NCBI GenBank assembly: GCA_043228905.1
Contig: JBHGNT010000004.1
Location: 11,656,001-11,720,000 of the forward strand
Length of the DNA stretch: 64,000 nt
DNA from: Azolla caroliniana
Lineage: Eukaryota; Plantae; Polypodiophyta
Reading direction: 5' to 3'
The first letter of the stretch is position 1. Each line of letters opens with the position of its first letter. A program made the position numbers and the translations under genes. The notes under the pieces are model-generated. The model had not been told where the DNA came from and did no database searches. It worked only from the letters and a program-made list of their open reading frames with translations. Positions 49,961-62,477 of the stretch are shown piece after piece.

Positions 49961-52900
49961 TGATGGAAATAAATCGACACTTTCCAAACTTCACCTCTCG
50001 GCCACAACCAAGGAAACACACGAATCGTTGTTGCAGAAAATGGGAAATGCGAAAAATAGAGTGGACACACGATTTAACGTGGAAAACCCTGTACGGGAAA
50101 AACCACGGGAGTACAAGACTCCAAACCAAAAACTATGCACAGAGAAATATACAATGGCGAGCTTCAAGGCGACGACCTTGAGCTCGCTGTCCTTGCCACA
50201 GGCGGCGGAAATACACAGAGGCGTCGACCTCTTCCTCTCTCACGCTCTATCTCTCTCACGGCTGCTCTCTCTTCACTCCTCTTGAGTGGAAAAACAGAAA
50301 AATGAGAAGCAACATAAAAACTGTTTGCCCTAAGTCATATTTATACACATATGACTTTGGGGCTATTTACAACTATAGCCTCAAGGGCCCTTGGCAAACA
50401 TATTCACGGATATGTCCCCGCATTCGGATCTCTCTCCGGGTACATTCGTCATCCGGCTCCGAAGCCGGGGTCTTCATCATCCGGTTCCGAAACCGAAACC
50501 GGGCTTGTCGGCATTCATCTCTGACATCCGACCATCCCATCCGAAGGGACCGTAATCCCAACAAACTCCCCCTTCACTTCGGCATGGGATGTCTTTCCAA
50601 TCCGATCCTCTTCCGGCATGCTTCCAGCTTGTCGGGTGTGAGCACCTTGGTCAGCATATCCGACCCGTTCACGTCCGTGTGGACCTTTGTCAGTACGAAC
50701 TCCTTGTCTTCTATCCTTTCCCGGATCCAGTGATATCTTCGCTGGATGTGCTTCGTCCGGGAGTGATAGGCCGCGTTCTTCGCAAGGTGGATTGCACTCT
50801 GACTGTCGCAGTAGAGTCGGTACTCCTCCTGCCGGATACCGAGCTCTCTAATGAAGTCCTTCATCCATATTATTTCCTTGCCGGCTTCAACAGCCGCCAT
50901 GTACTCCGCCTCCGTGGTTGACAACGCAACCGTCTTCTGCAGCCTCGACTGCCATGAAACAGCTCCCCCTGCATACGTCATCACATACCCTGATGTGGAC
51001 CGGCTGGTATCTGCATCAGCCGACATATCTGAATCGGTAAAGCCATCGAGTTCGGGCTTACCGGAGCCGAATCGGAGGCACACGTTTGCCGTGCCCTTCA
51101 GGTATCGGAGTATCCACTTGGCCGCGTTCCAATGCTCTTTGCCGGGATTGCTCATGTACCGGCTCACCACTCCGACTGCGTATCCAATGTCCGGTCTTGT
51201 ACACACCATTGCGTACATCAAGCTTCCGACGGCAGAGGCATATGGCACTTTCATCATGTCCTCCTTCTCAGCCTTTGTCTTGGGGCTTTGCTTGCTGGAC
51301 AGCTTGCAGTTTGCCGGGAGGGTCGATCCGACCGGTCTTGCTTCCGACATGTTGAACCGTTTAAGCACCTTTGTCACGTACTTTTCCTGTGACAGCCACA
51401 ACTGCTTCTTGCTCCGGTCCCGGATGATGTGCATCCCTAGTATTTGTCTCGCCGGACCCAAGTCCTTCATTGAGAAGGTTCGGTGAAGAGCCTTCTTCAG
51501 CATCCGTATCTTGACCTGGTCACGTCCGACGATCAACATGTCGTCCACGTACAGGAGGAGTATTAGAGAGTCTCCTCCTTCGAACTTCTTCACAAACACG
51601 CAGTGGTCGGACTGCGTTTTGAGGTACCCTTCGTCGGTCATGAAAGAGTCAAACTTCCGGTACCATTGCCGGGGAGCCTGCTTCAGTCCGTAAAGGCTCT
51701 TCTTCAACCGGCATACCAGGTGCTCCTTCCCTTTCTTCTCGAATCCTTCCGGTTGCTGCATGTAGATCTCTTCTTCGAGGTCGCCGTGAAGGAATGCCGT
51801 CTTCACGTCCATCTGTTCTACCTCGAGGTCCATGCTTGCCGCTATGCTCAGCACTGTCCGGATGGAGGTCATCTTCACTACCGGGGCAAATATCTCGTCG
51901 AAGTTGACGCCCTTCTTCTGCTAAAACCCCTTCACCACGATCCTGGCTTTGTATCTCGGGGGGTTTCCGGCATCTCCCGGTTTCAGCTTGAACACCCACT
52001 TGTTTCGAAGTGCCCGCTTTCCTTTCGGCAACTTCACAAGTTCATATGTGTGGTTCTCATGCAGGGAATCCATCTCGTCCTGCATGGCACTCAACCACCT
52101 GCGGCTCTGGGTGTCATGCTTTGCTTCTTCAAAGCTCTCCGGCTCCCCCTCGTCGGTTAGCAGCACGTGCTCTGGTTCCGGAAATCTCCGGGGGGCCCTT
52201 CTCTCTCTTAGAGGATATCTCCGTTCCGGAGCTTCGGTAACCGGTTCTTCCGATTCTTCTTCATCCGAATCCATTTTGGGATCGGGGCCGGTTCCGGTAT
52301 CATTTTCATCTACTTCGGCCGGTTCTGTTTCTTCACCGTCTTCGGCCGGATCCTCGAGTGCTAACCGGTCCCTTGCCGGTCGGGACTGCTCCTCGTAGTG
52401 TTGATCCTCACCGGTCGACTTGGAGCTCTTCATCTTCTTCTCCGACTCCCAGTCGGCGAGTGTCTTGTTCTCCATGAAGATGATATCACGACTCCGGAAT
52501 ATCTTCTTGTCGACCGGGTCCCATACTCGGTAGCCGAACTCGTCATCGCCGTAACCGAGGAATATGCATGGCCGGGTCTTTGGATCTAGCTTTCCTCTCC
52601 GGTCCTTTGCCACATGCACGTATGCGAGACACCCGAACACCTTCAGATGCCGGTAGGATACTTCCCTACCGGTCCACACTCTCTGCGGCGTGTCTCCGTC
52701 CAAAGGTACTGAGGGTGATCTGTTTATCACGTATGTCGCCGTCGACATCGCCTCAGCCCAAAACCCCTTGGGTAATTCCGCATGCGCCAGCATACTCCGG
52801 ACCCTCTCCATTATGGTCCGGTTCATCCTCTCGGCCAGCCCGTTCAGTTCCGGCGTCTTCGGCACAGTAAACTCGAGCCGGATTCCCTTCGAGCGACAGT

Positions 52901-55280
52901 ACTCCGCGAATTGCCCCCGGTATTCCCCTCCGTTATCCGCTCGTATCGCTTTCAGCTTCTTGCCGGATTCCCTTTCCACTCTCGCGTGGAGTTCTTTGAA
53001 GACGGACAACACTTGGTCCTTTGTCTTCAACGGTGCCGTCCACAGCTTCCGGTTGTGATCATCAATGAATGTCACGAAGTACTGGGCTCCGCCATGTGAC
53101 TTCGTTTCTACCTGACACACATCAGTGTGCACCAACTCCAATGGTGCGCTACGTCTCGTCGGTGGCCTTGAATGGAAGGAGGTTCGGTTCTGCTTACCGG
53201 CCAGGCAGTCGGTGCACTTCTCCAGGTGCACATGCTTCACTGGAATAAGGTTGTCTTCTGCAAGCCTCTTCATCCCCTTCTCACTCATGTGGCACAGTCT
53301 TTTGTGCCACAGCTCACCGGCAGTGTCGGCTGCCACATTCAGCTCTTCCGGACATAACCGGGCATTCATCAGGTACAGTGTGTTGACTTTCCGGGCCCGA
53401 GCCACTATCAGGCTCCCCTTGCTGAACTTCATTACGCCGTTCCGGATGCTACCTGTGTAGCCTTCATCGTCTAGCCTCCCGGCCGAAATCAGGTTCAATC
53501 GAACCTCCGGAACGTGTCGGACATCCTTCAGCAGCATTTTGCATCCGGTCGGGGTTATCAACCACACGTCTCCTATGCCGGAAATCCGGCACGTACCTTC
53601 ATTTCCCATCCGAACACAACCATGCTCACCGGCTGTGTAGGATGAGAAGTATCTTCTCTCCGAGGTCAGGTGGAACGATGCTCCGGAATCGACCACCCAG
53701 GTCGTCTCATCGCCGGCAATGTTTAGTTCACCTTCTTCGGTGATGAGCATGATTTCTTCCTCACTTGCCGCGAGTGCCGTCGTTCCTTTCCGGTCCTGCC
53801 CTCACCGATCCGAACCATTCCGGTCCGTGGCTCCCCGGTAAGCCACGTTTCGTTCCGAAGACTTCTTCGAATCGGTGTCGTCGGCTCCGTTGTCTTTTCG
53901 GTAATGCCGACAATTCTTTCGGAAGTGCCCCGGCTTCCCACAGTGGAAGCATGTGGGCCTTCCTCTTGACTGCGACCGGGTCCCCGACTTCTCCCGTCTT
54001 TGCGGACTCCGGTTCCGTTGTCTTCCCCGATCCGATTCGGTAAACAACATCTTCGGATCGGAGGCCGGTTCTTTATCTCTCCGACGCGCTTCTTCGTTCA
54101 AAATACTTGTCTTTACCGTTTGTAGGGACAAGTTATCTTCGGTGCAGGAGGTGCTGAGAGTCACCACCAAGTTCTCCCAGCTTTCCGGCAATGTACACAT
54201 CAGAATGATGGCTTGCATTGCATCCTCCAGCGGGAACTTGATTGCCGCAAGCTGGTTCACGAATCCCATGAACGTGCTTACGTGTTCCACCATACTCTCG
54301 CCGTCCCGGTACTTGAGGTTCACTATCTTCCTCATCAGGGAGGTCCGGTTCAACGCATTCTTCCTCTCATAGAGGCCCGACAGCTTCCGCCACATCTCAT
54401 ATGCGTTGGTGTCGTTCGCCACATGTTGTAGAACGCTCACGTCTACGTATTGCCGAATGGTTGCAACGGCTTTCCGGTTCAGAAGCCTCCATTCCGACTC
54501 AAGTACTCCCTTCGGTATTTCCGACCTGTCAATCGGTTCGTACAGGTCCCGAACAATCAGAAGATCCTCCATCTTGATCTTCCAGTCGGCGTAATTCTGC
54601 GCATTCAACACCATCATCCCCGGCTGCCCACTGCCGCCGCCTTCCATTTTCTGCAGCAACTCGCTCTGATACCAAATTGATGGAAATAAATCGACACTTT
54701 CCAAACTTCACCTCTCGGCCACAACCAAGGAAACACACGAATCGTTGTTGCAGAAAATGGGAAATGCGAAAAATAGAGTGGACACACAATTTAACGTGGA
54801 AAACCCTGTACGGGAAAAACCACGGGAGTACAAGACTCCAAACCAAAAACTATGCACAGAGAAATATACAATGGCGAGCTTCAAGGCGACGACCTTGAGC
54901 TCGCTGTCCTCGCCACAGGCGGCGGAAATACACAGAGGCGTCGACCTCTTCCTCTCTCACGCTCTATCTCTCTCACGGCTGCTCTCTCTTCACTCCTCTT
55001 GAGTGGAAAAACAGAAAAATGAGAAGCAACATAAAAACTGTTTGCCCTAAGTCATATTTATACACATATGACTTTGGGGCTATTTACAACTATAGCCTCA
55101 AGGGCCCTTGGCAAACATATTCACGGATATGTCCCCGCATCCGGATCTCTCTTCGGGTACATTCGTCATCCGGCTCCGAAGCCGGGGTCTTCATCATCCG
55201 GTTCCGAAACCGAAACCGGGCTTGTCGGCATTCATCTCTGACATCCGACCATCCCATCCGAAGGGACCGTAATCCCAACA
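49961..55280 (-). mobile_element. Young, nearly intact Ty1/copia element M (Tnt1/Tork-like)
   Basis: 603-bp LTRs 49961-50563 and 54678-55280 with about 4 transitions; TSD TTCTC; iMet PBS; PPT GAAGGGGGAG. Confidence 0.98.
50574..54647 (-). pseudogene. gag-pol polyprotein of M: one frame of 1358 codons with two premature stops
   Basis: ORFs 53802..54704, 51921..53750 and 50574..51878 share one frame; stops are TGA at 53804 and TAG at 51923. Confidence 0.95.
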
Positions 55281-58200
55281 TTCTCCTCATCCGGTTCTCA
55301 CCGGGTCTACACCATCCAGCTCTCCGTAGCCGGGTACTCCTCATACGGTTTCGGCCGAGGCCGAGTATGTTCATCAGCACTGTTCTTCTCTCTTCCCATC
55401 CAGAGGGACCTGTCTCCCAACACATATGATGAATGACATCTTCCGAGAATATCTAAACCAATTTGTGGTCATCTATCTCGACGACATACTTATCTTCTCA
55501 CAGGACTACATAGAGCACACCAAGCATGTTCGACTTATCTTGACCAAACTTCGGGAACATAAACTTTATGCGAAACCCAAAAAGTGTGAGTTTGATCGAA
55601 CCTCAGTTGAATTCCTCGGGTATGTCATTTCATCTTATGTTATCACTATGGACGAGAAGAAAGTCGAAACGGTTCAATAGTGGGAAGTCCCCACCAGGGT
55701 CAAGGATGTGCAATCATTTTTGGGTTTTGCCAACTTCTATTGTTGATTCATTCAAGGATTCTCTACTTTGGCGCAACCACTTATAGCACTCACTCAGAAG
55801 GATTCCCCTTTTTGCTGGACTCCCACAACCCAACTAGCATTCGAGACACTAAAAAAATCTTTTACCTCGGCTCCGGTACTTCTACACCCAGATCTGACCA
55901 AACCATTTACGATTAAAACTGATGCCTCTGACTTCGCCATCGGTGCCATTCTCTCTCAATCAGATAACAATGGGATTCTTCATCCTGTTGCCTTTTATTC
56001 TCGGAAGTTCACACCTCCCGAGATCAACTACCCAGTTTATGACAAAGAACTCTCTGCCATTATTGCAGTCTTTGAAGAATGGCGTCCTTACTTAGCAGGC
56101 ACCCAACACCGTGTCCAAGTGGTGACCGATCACAAGAACCTTGTCTACTTCACCACTACTCGCATTTTGAACCGGAGGCAAGCGCGTTGGTCGACCTTCC
56201 TGGCTGACTATGACTTTCAAATTGTTTTTCGTCTCGATGCCCAACATGGTAAAGCCGATGCCCTATATCGGCATTTGGAATTCGAAATTCGACCAGGAGA
56301 TGAGACCTACAATCAACAATCACGTTGTCTCCTACAGCCACATCAGATTCAGCTCTTTGCAGCTTATATGGGTGCAGATGAATCATTACTCAATGCAATA
56401 GTCATAGATACTGCCACCAACAAATTTGCAAAAGAAACTAAGGATAATCAAGTCAACAAATCAACCATAAAGGAGGTATGGAATAGTCAAGAAAAATTTA
56501 TGTTTCGAGATGGGTTTTTTTTCGGAACACCTTAATGTATGTCCCAGATGGTCCTTGTCGTATCCATATCATGAAGGAATGCCATGATGACGCCCTAGCT
56601 GGACATTTTGACATTGCAAAAACTTTGGAGTTAATCTCTAGAAGTTATTGGTGGCCACAACCTTGGAAACTTGTTAAACAATTTGTGAAAACATGTGATA
56701 CATGTGCCCGCGCCAAAGCAGTACATCATCATCCCTATGGTCTACTTCAACCTTTGCCAATTCCAAGTAGGCCATGAGCCTCCATCTCGATGGATTTTAT
56801 CACCGACCTTCCCGACATTGAGGGATTCAATTCAGTATTAGTGGTGGTGGATAGATTCACAAAGATGGCACATTTTATTCCATGTTCTAAAGCAATTTCA
56901 GGGATGGAAACAACAGATCTATTGTTAACAAATATTGTGCGCCTTCATGGTTTACCGGATGACATTATCTCTGATTGTGGTCCCCAATTTATGTCTCATT
57001 TCTAGAAGCGCCTCTTCCAGACTCTTGGAGCTTCCACAAAATTTTCAACAGCCTTCCATCCTGAGACTGATGGCCAAACGAACAAGTAAATCAGATCCTA
57101 GAGCAATATCTCCGATATATGATAAGTTATCAACAAGATGATTGGATCAAATTTCTTCCAATGGCTGAGTCCGCCTACGACAATACTTTCCACACATCAA
57201 CTAGTGTAACACCCTTCTTCGCAAATTATGGATTCCACCCACGCTTTAGTATAACTATCCCTGCTGGTTCTGTGAATCCATCTGCTAAAGAACGAGCTCA
57301 TCTAATGAAAGAAGTGCATCATGACCTATCCCTAGAACTCTCAATTGCTCAAGAATGACACAAAGAGAAGGTTGATCAACATCGACAGGTTGCGCCTGAT
57401 TTTAAAGTCGGTGACATGGTATGGCTTGGCATATTCCGACAACTCGCCCATGCAACAAACTTGATTACAAAAAGTTGGGGCCATTCCGCATCATTGATAA
57501 AGTTAACATTGTGGCTTTCCTTCTTGCTCTTCCATCACACTACCGAATTCACAATGTCTTCCATGCATCACTTCTTGAGCTCTATCATCCATCCTCAATT
57601 CCAGGAAGAAGCATCGAGCCACCTCCCCTTGGGGCTTTGGCGACCGGGGATGAGTATGAAATCGAGACCATTCTGGACTCGCACAAGAGCCGACGAAAGC
57701 TCCAGTATCTGGTATTGTGGAAAGGATATCCCATCTCTGAGGCTACATGGGAACCCACTAGAAATTTACTAAATGCCCCGGAAGTGGTTCATGATTTTCA
57801 TCTCCGATATCCTCACAAACCCGCACCTTCTTGAAGTCGGCACTTAAGGGGAAGATAATGTCATGAACATCAAGTTGAATGTGAACCTTAGGCCCTTGTA
57901 TATATATTTCTCCTAGATAAACTTTAGACTTCAAACCTTTGTATAAAGAGTGATATGTAAGACCTAGTATGTAAGACCCAATATGTAAGACCCAGTATGT
58001 AAGACTGAGTATGTAAGACTTGCATGCAAGAATTAGTATGCTTGATATTATATTATGTAAGACTTGGCATGAGCATGCTTATCATGCATCACTACATGTA
58101 TAAAAAGGGTTGATCTCCCTTGTTAACATCAAGGAGATCAACACCAGTCATGGAATAGATATTCGTACTCATTGTCATCAATTTATCCATCTCTCTATCT

Positions 58201-59620
58201 CATCAATTTACCCATCTCTTTGTCTTCCAATTGTTCATCCGTGACACATTCTTGGTATGAAGATAAGTTGGAATCATAATCAACGACAATTATTTCTATC
58301 TCAGTCCAACTACATTGGATGTGTCCTCGAACACTTCAACATGGAATCGGTGAAATCTGCCTCTACCCCGCTCCCTATTCATACTCGGCTATCTCAGTGA
58401 GACTGCCCGACATCCAGTCCGGAGGGGGAAATTATGAAGTCGGTACTGTATGCACCGACAGTTGGCTCCCTAATGTACGCAATGGTGGCGACACAGCCTG
58501 ATATCACTCATGATGTTGGAGTCATCAGCAGATTTATGCATAATCCTGGCCGATCGCACTAGAATGCAGTCAAGCATGTGTTTAGATGTTTGATGGGCAC
58601 AAAAGACCTTGGTATTCTATTTGGCCCGAACGACATCTCAGGCGTAGTTGGATACACTGACTCAAACTTTGCAAGTTGCATAGACAGTCATAAATCGACA
58701 ACTAGATATTGTTTTAAACTCGACAATGGAGCGATCTCGTGGAAATCGAAACTTCAGGAGTGCACCACCATATCAGCGATTGAGGCCGAATACGTAGCCA
58801 CGTCCGATGCGGCAAAATAGGCCTTATGGCTTGGTTGGTTGGCATGCATATTTCGACAAGCCGAAATCAGCTCGGCTCCAATTGTTTATAGTGACAATCA
58901 GGGTGTCATTGTTCTATCAAAAAATCTGGTTCATCACAATGCCTCCAACCATATCGACGTTCGATATCATTTCGTTCAGGACTGCGTCATTATAGGGAAA
59001 ATCGGTCTAGAGACAATATCGACAACCGATAATGTCGCGGACACATTAACCAAGTGTCTTTCGGCAGATCGATTTGGATCCCTTAGGCAACACATGGGCA
59101 TAATGAAGAATCAGTTTGATTAAATCGGACACTCGGGATGATCTTTGGACACCAAACTTTGGTTGTTCGGAACTTTGTATCAATCTGTATTATATACTCA
59201 TTCTGATTACAGATTTCGGATGTATACGCTCATTACGGGGGAGTGTTGGATACGGGTTTCTAATGGACATATTCACACTATCTCCTTTTTTTAACACACT
59301 ACACTTAGGCTACTTATGTAAATAGTGAGAAGAGCAGTTGCCCTAAGTTAGTCAGTATATAAACTAACTTTGTAACCTAGTTACTTTTTTGGTTGTTCAT
59401 TTTGTAAAAGTTGTAATAAACTTCCTTGACATAGGGCCTACTTGTCTTTGACTCTCTCTCTTAGAAGACGTTAATACATCTTTCTTTCTTTCTTTCTTGC
59501 ATATGAGTTGTTTTCTTTTCTGTCTTTGCTATTATCATAGTTGTGATCTTGCATCCATTTACGATCTTATCCTAGAAGAGTGTTGATCTTGTTCCGCATT
59601 AGAGGACAATGTTCCCAATA

Positions 59621-60385
59621 GGGGGGGGTAACGTCATGATATAGCATGATATGGCTTCAAAAGGATTTGAACCCATCACCTTGTGTCACATGGGTTGAAG
59701 CCTTACCATTAAGCTATACATTGTAATACCGAATGGCATAACCGTATACTCGAAGTGCCCATTTCTTGTGTGAAATGCGGTCTTCCATTCTTCTCCTGGT
59801 CAGATCCGTATGAGGTTATATGCTCCTCGCAAGTCAATCTTTGTGAAAAACTTTGCACCATTGATCCATTCTAAAAGACTTGAGATAAGGGGAAATGCAT
59901 ACCTATTCCTGATGGGGACCTTATTCAAGCCACCGTAATCTACGACAAGACGAAGTGATCCATCCTTTTTCTTGACAAAGAAAATGGGTGCGCCGGCTGG
60001 AGATTTTGAATGTTGAATGAAACCGTTTGCCAAATTCTACTCTATGTAGGCTCAAAGGACTTCTAGCTCGGTTAGTGACAAGTTGTAGATCGGTCCCCAT
60101 GGTGGCTCTTTTCCCAGTTGTAAATCAATGGGACAATCATATGGTCGGTGGTGAGGAAGTGTACTGACTTGTACCTTATCGAACACGTTGGCATAATGAC
60201 GATACTCCTCTGGAAGTTGAACTATGCATTCCTCTTTAATGGTGTTGGAAGGTTTTACTGATACTGTGAAGACAAACATTGCTTCCTTGCATCCTTCCTC
60301 ACACAATTGTTGTAGTGAAATGGTTGCAATCCTATGAGTAGGTCCTTGGGTTTGTCGATACCTGATTTCTCTTGTTCTCCAATCT
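59621..60385. mobile_element. Chromovirus patchwork G, right part (PPT remainder, LTR start 59632-59729 on +, PR-RT fragment on -)
   Basis: cgtcatgatat resembles the start of the B LTR; 59730-60385 encodes [35 protein letters not shown] on the minus strand. Confidence 0.85.
59652..59725 (-). promoter_or_regulatory. tRNA-like A/B-box cassette in the LTR of G
   Basis: Minus strand TAGCTTAATGG (59716-59706) and GGTTCAAATCC (59673-59663), 43-nt spacing; both boxes are close to consensus. Confidence 0.75.
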
Positions 60386-60797
60386 AGCCCTACTTCATTC
60401 CCTTCTTCGACATAACTCTAGTAGTCGTGCCCCAGCAGGTACTGGTGCATCTTGTACGATGAAGATGCTAGTTTTTCTGGTAAGGCTTTTCAGTGGGAAG
60501 TGAGCTTGCCATACTTCTGTCCGTTCCTCTCTTCTTTTCTGTTCTATGAGCTCTTTGTCGGTCGCAGAGGATTCTCAACCCTCGTGCTCTGATACCGTGT
60601 AAAACGTTACGTGTGGAAGCTTGTAGACACAACCGATTACAACCGGATAGCAACATAACACAGACAAAGGTTTAATGGAAAGCTTAGAAGATACACAAAG
60701 AATGTAGGAGACACAGAGAGAGCAGAACATAGAAAAACTATATTAAAAAATGATTCTCTATAAAAACACTCTGTACATACCATGTGCTCTATGAGGA
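60386..60797 (-). mobile_element. 5' part of copia F (partial LTR from 60598, PBS, gag start)
   Basis: PBS CGGTATCAGAG; MASSLPTEK..MHQYLLGHDY*SYVEEGNEVGL continues at 29562 with NKDFPVWEQ. Confidence 0.8.
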
Positions 60798-60800
60798 AAG

Positions 60801-61992
60801 TGTGAGTATGCACTTCCACGTCGGTTCCCTCGTTCTATGTAGGGTAGGGGTAGGGCATTGTGTCGATGTCAGGATCCTCCTGTACCACCGAAAAGAGTTT
60901 ATCGACGGGTTGGTCGACCTCTGAGGTGTTAACGCTGGTCAAGGCGGGAATGAGAACCGCAACTGATTAGGCATCCGATTCTGGACACGGTGATTGCTCT
61001 GTGAGAGCGGGGTCGGTGACGCTCTCTTCTTGTTCGGCACATCAGGACATTGTCCGAGTGCGTATTCCTTTGGGACGCGCTATTACAGCAACCTGGGTCT
61101 TCTCCTATGCGTGTTCACTATGAACTCACAATATGAGTTGGGTGTCCCAAATTGTGTTGCTCCCTCCTAGAGAACACCTTCAATTACCCCTCCAAAGTAA
61201 TCGGGTCAAGGTATTGTGGTGCGAAGGAGAGTTGAGGTCATGGCGTACTACCAAGATCGTTAATCGGGTCGTTACAAGGAATGTGACGTCCTGGGGCCTG
61301 TGATTGTTAGCTAGATTGTTCCATTTGGGGTAGGATCATGATCGAGGAATTAAGAAGGATACACTACGGGATCACCTACAACCGATCCGTATTTACGTCC
61401 TTTACACCGATCGAACATTATATAGATATAGGTGTATAATGAAATAGAGATGAGACAAAACACAGAAGTTACCCACAAGATATATATATATATATTCGGT
61501 TAAAGTGTAGGTTACAGATACAAGTACTGAGTATATTCGGTAAACACTCCCTCGCTCTCTATTAGTCTATTCCTATCATAGCCCTCTAGATCCCTTTGTC
61601 CCCTTCCGTGTTCGCTAATCCCGATATATATAGTTCCCTTCTACTTGGCGCTTTCCACCTGTTCCTTCCTTGATCTTCAACGCCCTTTGTTCGGCTGCTA
61701 GTACTCGGCTCTTTTTTATATGTTTCACAATTGTTATATCTATCCCACCAGGTAACACACACATGCACACAAATGTGCATGTGTTTACACACATATCAAT
61801 ATACTCATACTTAATCTTGTGCACATTTGCACATACACTTACAACATGACTTTTCATACAAAGACTTTACACTTATCCATCCATGTACCATCACACTTAT
61901 GCACTTATACAATTTTATGTATAACAATCATGTCTTCTAATCTGAGCAGGTCTCCTCCTGCACTTTTAGTCGTAGGGTTAATTCCGTCAACA
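60801..61992 (-). mobile_element. LTR-like fragment, possibly a gypsy 5' LTR at about 61155-61992 plus leader
   Basis: TGTTG...CAACA; minus-strand TATA near 61626; patches resembling LTR A (gttacaaggaat); no TSD found. Confidence 0.4.
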
Positions 61993-62340
61993 GCCCTTGG
62001 ACTCGACAAGTTACAACACTCTCTCAGAGATGCTTGGTTCACATCATCTTGAGGTGCCTCACTTCAGGGGGAGAGCTGGAAGAGTTGATAAGGGGATCTC
62101 GAACAAATGGAAGTGAATTGACTAGGGGAAGACTAGGGGAGTGGAAGAACTGTATCTGGAGCTAGCCGAAGGCAAGGGGAGAGCCGGGTGGACTAGTGAA
62201 TCGAAGACAACTTATTCGAATAAAGGAGATGATTCAGATGAGCTGAATCAAATAGACGTCAAACAAACGGGAGGGCAGTCGAAGCCGATGCCAATGTTGG
62301 TTCGGTTTGATCCTCGAAAATCTTCGATTCAGCTGAATTA
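61993..62340 (+). mobile_element. 3' end fragment of an I-like copia (RNase H end and extension)
   Basis: ALGLDKLQH..MLGSHHLEVPHFRG matches element I (PLGLDKLQHFTKMLGVQHLDVPHLR). Confidence 0.7.
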
Positions 62341-62477
62341 ATTTTCGGAAGGTTAGTCGACATGGCTTTGACTATTCGGGATCTTTGTGTTCCTTCTGCG
62401 GCTCAATTATCATCATACTTCGACTCCTCTAGTCGGCATCAATCGACTGATCGGCTATTGTTCAACTTTAGTTGTTG

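Larger units (their letters stand above)
49396..55422 (-). mobile_element. Solo LTR L of the K family, interrupted by M
   Basis: Reverse-complement similarity to K LTRs including the 54-bp units; TG...CA termini; TSD CATAT. Confidence 0.92.
34902..58246 (+). mobile_element. Two-LTR chromoviral Ty3/gypsy element J, interrupted by K, I and L/M
   Basis: LTRs 34902-35264 and 57859-58246; TSD CATTC; gag 35303-42153; PR LLDSRAT; RT YLDD; RH; IN; chromodomain YLVLWKGYP..WEP. Confidence 0.95.
30762..59620 (+). mobile_element. Two-LTR degenerate Ty1/copia element H, interrupted by J
   Basis: LTRs 30762-31101 and 59244-59620; PBS TGGTATCAGAGC at 31104-31115; coding pieces 31763-34901 and 58252-59123; inserted in a G-run. 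Confidence 0.93.

Noticed and set aside
50851-54372. Long plus-strand ORFs opposite the M polyprotein
   Set aside because: Antisense shadows of a GC-rich coding frame, with no recognisable domains.
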